Shown piece after piece: positions 59,817 through 64,000 of a stretch of 64,000 nt of DNA; position 1 is the first letter of the stretch, and the number at the start of each line of letters is the position of its first letter. The notes below the pieces were generated by a model. That model saw nothing but the letters and a program-made list of their open reading frames with translations, did no database searches and was not told the origin of the DNA. Location: assembly GCF_009914755.1 (NCBI RefSeq), contig NC_060948.1. One strand, 5' to 3'. The position numbers were made by a program, and so were the translations under genes. Source of the stretch: the human T2T-CHM13v2.0 reference genome, Homo sapiens.

Positions 59817-62800
59817 AGTGATTCGGATGTCTTTTAATTGAATGGAATGAAATCAAATGGAATGGAAAGGAATAAAATGGAATGGAATAAAATAGAATGC
59901 AATAGAATGGAAGTGAGTGGAGTCGAGTTGAATGGAATCGAATTGAATGGAATAGAATGGAATAGAATCAAATGGAATGGACTCGAATGCAATGGAACCG
60001 AATGGAATGGACTGGAACATAATGGAATCGAACGTATTGGAATGGAAAGGAATGGAAAGGAATTGAATGCAACGGAAAGCAATGGAATCGAATGTAATGG
60101 AGTCGTATGTAGTGGAGTCGAATGGAATGGAATCAAATGGAAGGAAAAGAATACAATCGAATGGAATAGAATAGAATGCAACAGAATGAAACGGAGTGGA
60201 ATCGAGTGGAATGGAATAGAATTGAATGGAATGGAAAGGAATGGAATCGAATGGAATGGATCCGAATGGAATGGATCCGAATGGAATGGAATGGAACAAA
60301 ATGGAATTGAACAGATTAGAATCGAATGGATCCGAATCGAATGGAATGGAATATAATGGAATGGAATGGAATGGAATGGAATGGAATGGAATGGACCCAA
60401 AGGTAATGAACTCTAATGAAATGGACTTTAATAGAATGGATTAGAAAACAATGGGCTCGAATGGAATTTAATCAAGTCGAATTTAATGGAATGGAATGGA
60501 ATGCAAAACTATGGAATAGCATCAAATGGAATGGAACAGAATAGAGTGGAATGGAATGGAATACACAGGAATAGAACAGACTCGAATGTAATGGATTGCA
60601 ATGTAAGTGATTCAAAGGGAATGGAATCAAATGGAATATAATCAAATGGAATGGAATGGAGTGCATTGGAATGGAATAAAATGGAATGCAAACAATGTTA
60701 CAGAACTCATTTGAATCTAGAGGAATGGAATCGAATGCAATGGGAAAGAATGGAATGGACACGAATGGAATGGATTGGAAACAAATGGAATGGAAAGGAT
60801 TTTAATCATACAGAACAAAATAGAATGCAATGGACTCGAATGAAATGGAGTCGAAGAGAATAGTATCAAATGGAAAGGAATGGAATGCAATCGAATCGAA
60901 TGGAATGTTAATGAAATTAATTGAAAGGAATAGAATGGAATGAAGTGTAATGGAAAGATATCGAATTGAATGGAATTGAATGGAATGGACACAAACGGAA
61001 TGGACTGGAATGGAATGAACTGGAAAGGAATGGAATGGAGCGGAACGGACTCGAGTGCAATGGAATCGAATGGTATAGAATAGAATGGAATGGAATGGAA
61101 AGGAATAGAAGGGAATGGAATCGGATCCAACGGGACAGATTGGAATGGGGTAGAATTGAATAGAATCGAATGGAATGGCATCGAATGTAATGGAATGGAA
61201 TGGACTCGAATGGAATGGAGTGACATGTAATGGAATCGAAAGGAATGGAATCGAATGAAATGGAATTGAATGGAATAGAAAGGAATAGAATGGAATGGAG
61301 TTTAATGGAAAGATATTAAAAGTAATGGAATGGAATTGAGTGGACACGAATGGAATGGACTGGAATGGAAAGGACTCGAATGAAATGGAGCGCATTAGAA
61401 TGGACTCGAATGGAATGGATTGGAGTGGAATGGTCTCGAATGGATTGGAAACGAATGGAATGGAAAGGAGTAGAATGGAATGTAATCAAATGGAACGAAA
61501 TGGAATGGAATGGATTCGACTGGAACAGAATTGAATGGAGTGGAATTGATTGGAATGGAATGCAATCGAATGGAATGAACACGAATGGAATAGAATGAAA
61601 TGAAATGGCATAGAATGGAATGGAATGGAATGGAATGGAATGGAATGGAATGGAATGGAATGGAATGGCATGGCATGGAACGTGATGGAATGGAATGAAA
61701 TTGATTGGAATGGGATGGGCCCAAAAGTAAAGGACTCAAATAAAAGGGACTCAAATAGAATGAATTGGAAAGAAACGGTCTCGAATGTAATTCATTCGAA
61801 TGGAATGATATTGAATGGAATGCAATAGTATGGAATGGTATCGAATAGAATGGAATAGAATGGAATGGAATGGAACGGAATGGAGTGCATTTGAACGGAC
61901 TCAAATGCAATAAATTGCAATATAATTGATTCAAATGGAATGGAATCGAATAGAATGTAAACAAACGGAATGGAAGGCAATGCAATGGAAAGGAATCGAA
62001 TGAAATGGACCCGAGTGGAATGGACTCACATAGAACAGCCTTGAATGTAATGGATGACAATGTATTAGATTCGAAAGGACTGAAATCGAATGGAATGTAA
62101 TCAAATAGAACGGAATTGAATGCATGGAATGGCATAGAAAGTAATGCAATGGAATGGAATAGACTGGAATGGAATGGAATCGGATGGAATGTAATGAAAT
62201 GTAATGGAAGGAATGCCATGGAATGGAATGGAATGGAATGCAATGGGCCGGTGTATAATGGAGTGCAATGGAATTCAGTGGAATGTAGTCAATAGGAATG
62301 AAATAGAATGGAATTCAATATAAGGGAATGGCATCCAATGGCAAGGAATGGAGTGGACTCCAATGGAAACAACATGAAAGGAATATAATATAATGGAATG
62401 GCATTGAACGAAATGGAAAGCAATGGAGTTAAAAGGTAAGATATCGAATGGAAAAGAATTGAATGGACTCGAATGGAATATAACGGAATGGAATGGACTC
62501 GAATGGAATGTACTAGAGTTGAATGGAATCGAATGGAATGGAAAACAGTGGAAAGGAAAGGAAGGGAATTGAAAGGAAAGGAATAGAATGGAATGGAATC
62601 GGATAGAATGGAATTGAATGGAATGGAAACTAAAGGAATAGAATAGAAAGGAATGGCATTGAATGGAATGGAATGGAATGGAATCAGATGGAACAGAAAG
62701 GAATGGAATAGAATCGAATGGTATGGCATCGAATGGATTGGAATGGAAAGGAATGGAATGAACTCGAATGGAATGTACTCAAATGGAATAGAATAGAATG

Positions 62801-63672
62801 GAATGGAAGTAAATATAATGGACTCGAATGGAATGGATTGGAATAAATTGGAATTGAATGTATTGGATTCGATTGGAAAGGAATGGAATGGAATGGAATG
62901 GATTCGAATGGAATGGAATCGAATGGAATGGAACGAATTGGAATGTAATTGAATGGCGTCGAAAACAGTAGAAAGAAATGAAGTTTAATCGAATGATATC
63001 GAATGGAATTGAATGGAATGTACGCGAATGGAATGGACTGGAATGGAATGGACTCTATGGGAATGAAGAGGAGTGGAGTGGACTCGAATGTCATGGAGAC
63101 GATTGGAATGGAAAGGAATGCAAAGGAATGGAATGGAATGGAATCTGATGCATCGCAATGGAATGGAATGGGGTCGAATGGAATAGAATCGAAAGGAATG
63201 GCATCCAATGGAATGGAAACGAATTGAATGGAATGGCATGGAATGGAATGGAAAGGAATATAATGGAAAGGAATCGGATGGAACGGAATGGAATGGAATG
63301 GAGTCGAATGGAATAGAATCTAATAGAATTGCATTGATAGGAATGGAATCGAACAGACTCGAAAGGATTGGAGCCTAACAGAAGAGAATCGAACAGAATA
63401 GCATCAAATGGAATGGAAATGAATGGAATGGAATGGAATGGAATGGAATGGAATGGAATGGAATGGACACACATGTAATGGACTTGAATGGAATGGAATC
63501 AAATAGAATGGACGCGAATGGAATGGTCTCGAATGGAATTTATGAAAATAGAATGGAATCGAAATTCATTGAACATTATGGAATGGAATCAAATGGAATG
63601 AAATCGAATGGAAGGAACCGGAATGGAATGTACTGGAATAGAACGGACTCGAATGTTACGGAAAGAAAAGTA
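59817..63672 (+). repeat. HOR unit 9, short variant lacking ~3.6 kb of the unit (3856 bp)
   Basis: Anchor at 59817 and 63673. The junction GGAATCGAATGAAATGGA-CCCGAGTGG at 61992-62018 joins unit-1 positions ~2212 and ~5838. Confidence 0.93.
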
Positions 63673-64000
63673 AGTGATTCGGATGTCTTTTAATTGAATG
63701 GAATGAAATCAAATGGAATGGAAAGGAATAAAATGGAATGGAATGAAATAGAATGCAATAGAATGGAAGGGAGTGGAGTCGAGTTGAATGGAATCGAATT
63801 GAATGGAATAGAATGGAATAGAATCAAATGGAATGGATTCGAATGCAATGGAACCGAATGGAATGGACTGGAACATAATGGAATCGAAAGGAATGGAAAG
63901 GAATTGAATGCAATGGAAAGCAATGGAATCGAATGTAATGGAGTCGTATGTAGTGGAGTCGAATGGAATGGAATCAAATGGAAGGAAAAGAATACAATCG
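63673..64000 (+). repeat. HOR unit 10, partial (cut by the window end)
   Basis: Anchor at 63673; matches unit-1 1-~340 with a 15-bp deletion near 63888. Confidence 0.9.

Larger units (their letters stand above)
1..64000 (+). repeat. Satellite III (HSat3-type) array of diverged (GGAAT)n/(ATTCC)n pentamers, pericentromeric-heterochromatin type, single orientation
   Basis: GGAAT pentamers and typical variants (CGAAT, TGAAT, CAAAT, AGAAT, GGACT, GTAAT, GCAAT, GGAAA) run continuously from base 1 to 64000. No switch to the ATTCC strand and no non-satellite insert was seen. Confidence 0.97.

Noticed and set aside
18-63977. Hundreds of ORFs of 60-282 aa (MEWNG- and FHSIP-repeat peptides)
   Set aside because: Pure GGAAT/ATTCC has no stop codon in any frame and gives the same pentapeptide in all three frames of a strand. 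The ORFs overlap on both strands, lack domains and are freely frameshifted between units. The + strand peptide resembles the poly-WNGME product described for the SCA31 (TGGAA)n repeat, but nothing here shows translation.
1-64000. CRISPR-like repeat/spacer array or a novel multi-gene system
   Set aside because: There is no constant repeat with unique spacers. The apparent spacers are diverged pentamers repeated in every HOR, and no cas-like or other genuine coding sequence is present.
1-64000. Assignment to HSat2, alpha satellite or DYZ1
   Set aside because: I see no dominant HSat2-type ATCATCGAATGG pattern and no 171-bp monomer. The period is ~7.5 kb rather than ~3.6 kb, and the two halves of the unit do not look like copies of each other. 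The exact subfamily and chromosome need a database search.
1-64000. Inversion or embedded mobile element (Alu, L1, ERV)
   Set aside because: No switch to the ATTCC strand, no poly-A tail, no target-site duplication and no non-satellite segment were seen.

Overview
The whole 64 kb window is one uninterrupted, single-orientation classical satellite array of diverged (GGAAT)n pentamers, of the human/great-ape Satellite III (HSat3) type, with the purine-rich strand on +. I see no genes, RNA genes, transposons, CRISPR or unique sequence, and every ORF in the track is a pentamer-translation artefact. The pentamers form a nested hierarchy: 5-bp unit, then an old diverged ~0.25-0.3 kb module (about 7 per unit), then a highly homogeneous ~7.5-kb higher-order repeat (HOR). 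Using the anchor AGTGATTCGGATGTCTTTTAATTG, units start at 1, 7546, 15072, 22577, 30087, 37598, 45109, 52306, 59817 and 63673. Their lengths are 7545, 7526, 7505, 7510, 7511, 7511, 7197, 7511, 3856 and a partial unit. Two units are deletion variants (369 bp and ~3.6 kb) whose left breakpoints lie ~35 bp apart in HOR coordinates. Diagnostic variants point to recent tandem duplication, a possible 14.7-kb two-unit duplication, long-range mosaicism, and a switch to a more diverged lineage after ~62,000. One unit carries a private substitution that creates a perfect heat-shock element. I found no support for a novel protein- or RNA-coding system. All comparisons were made by eye, and the chromosome and subfamily cannot be assigned without a search.
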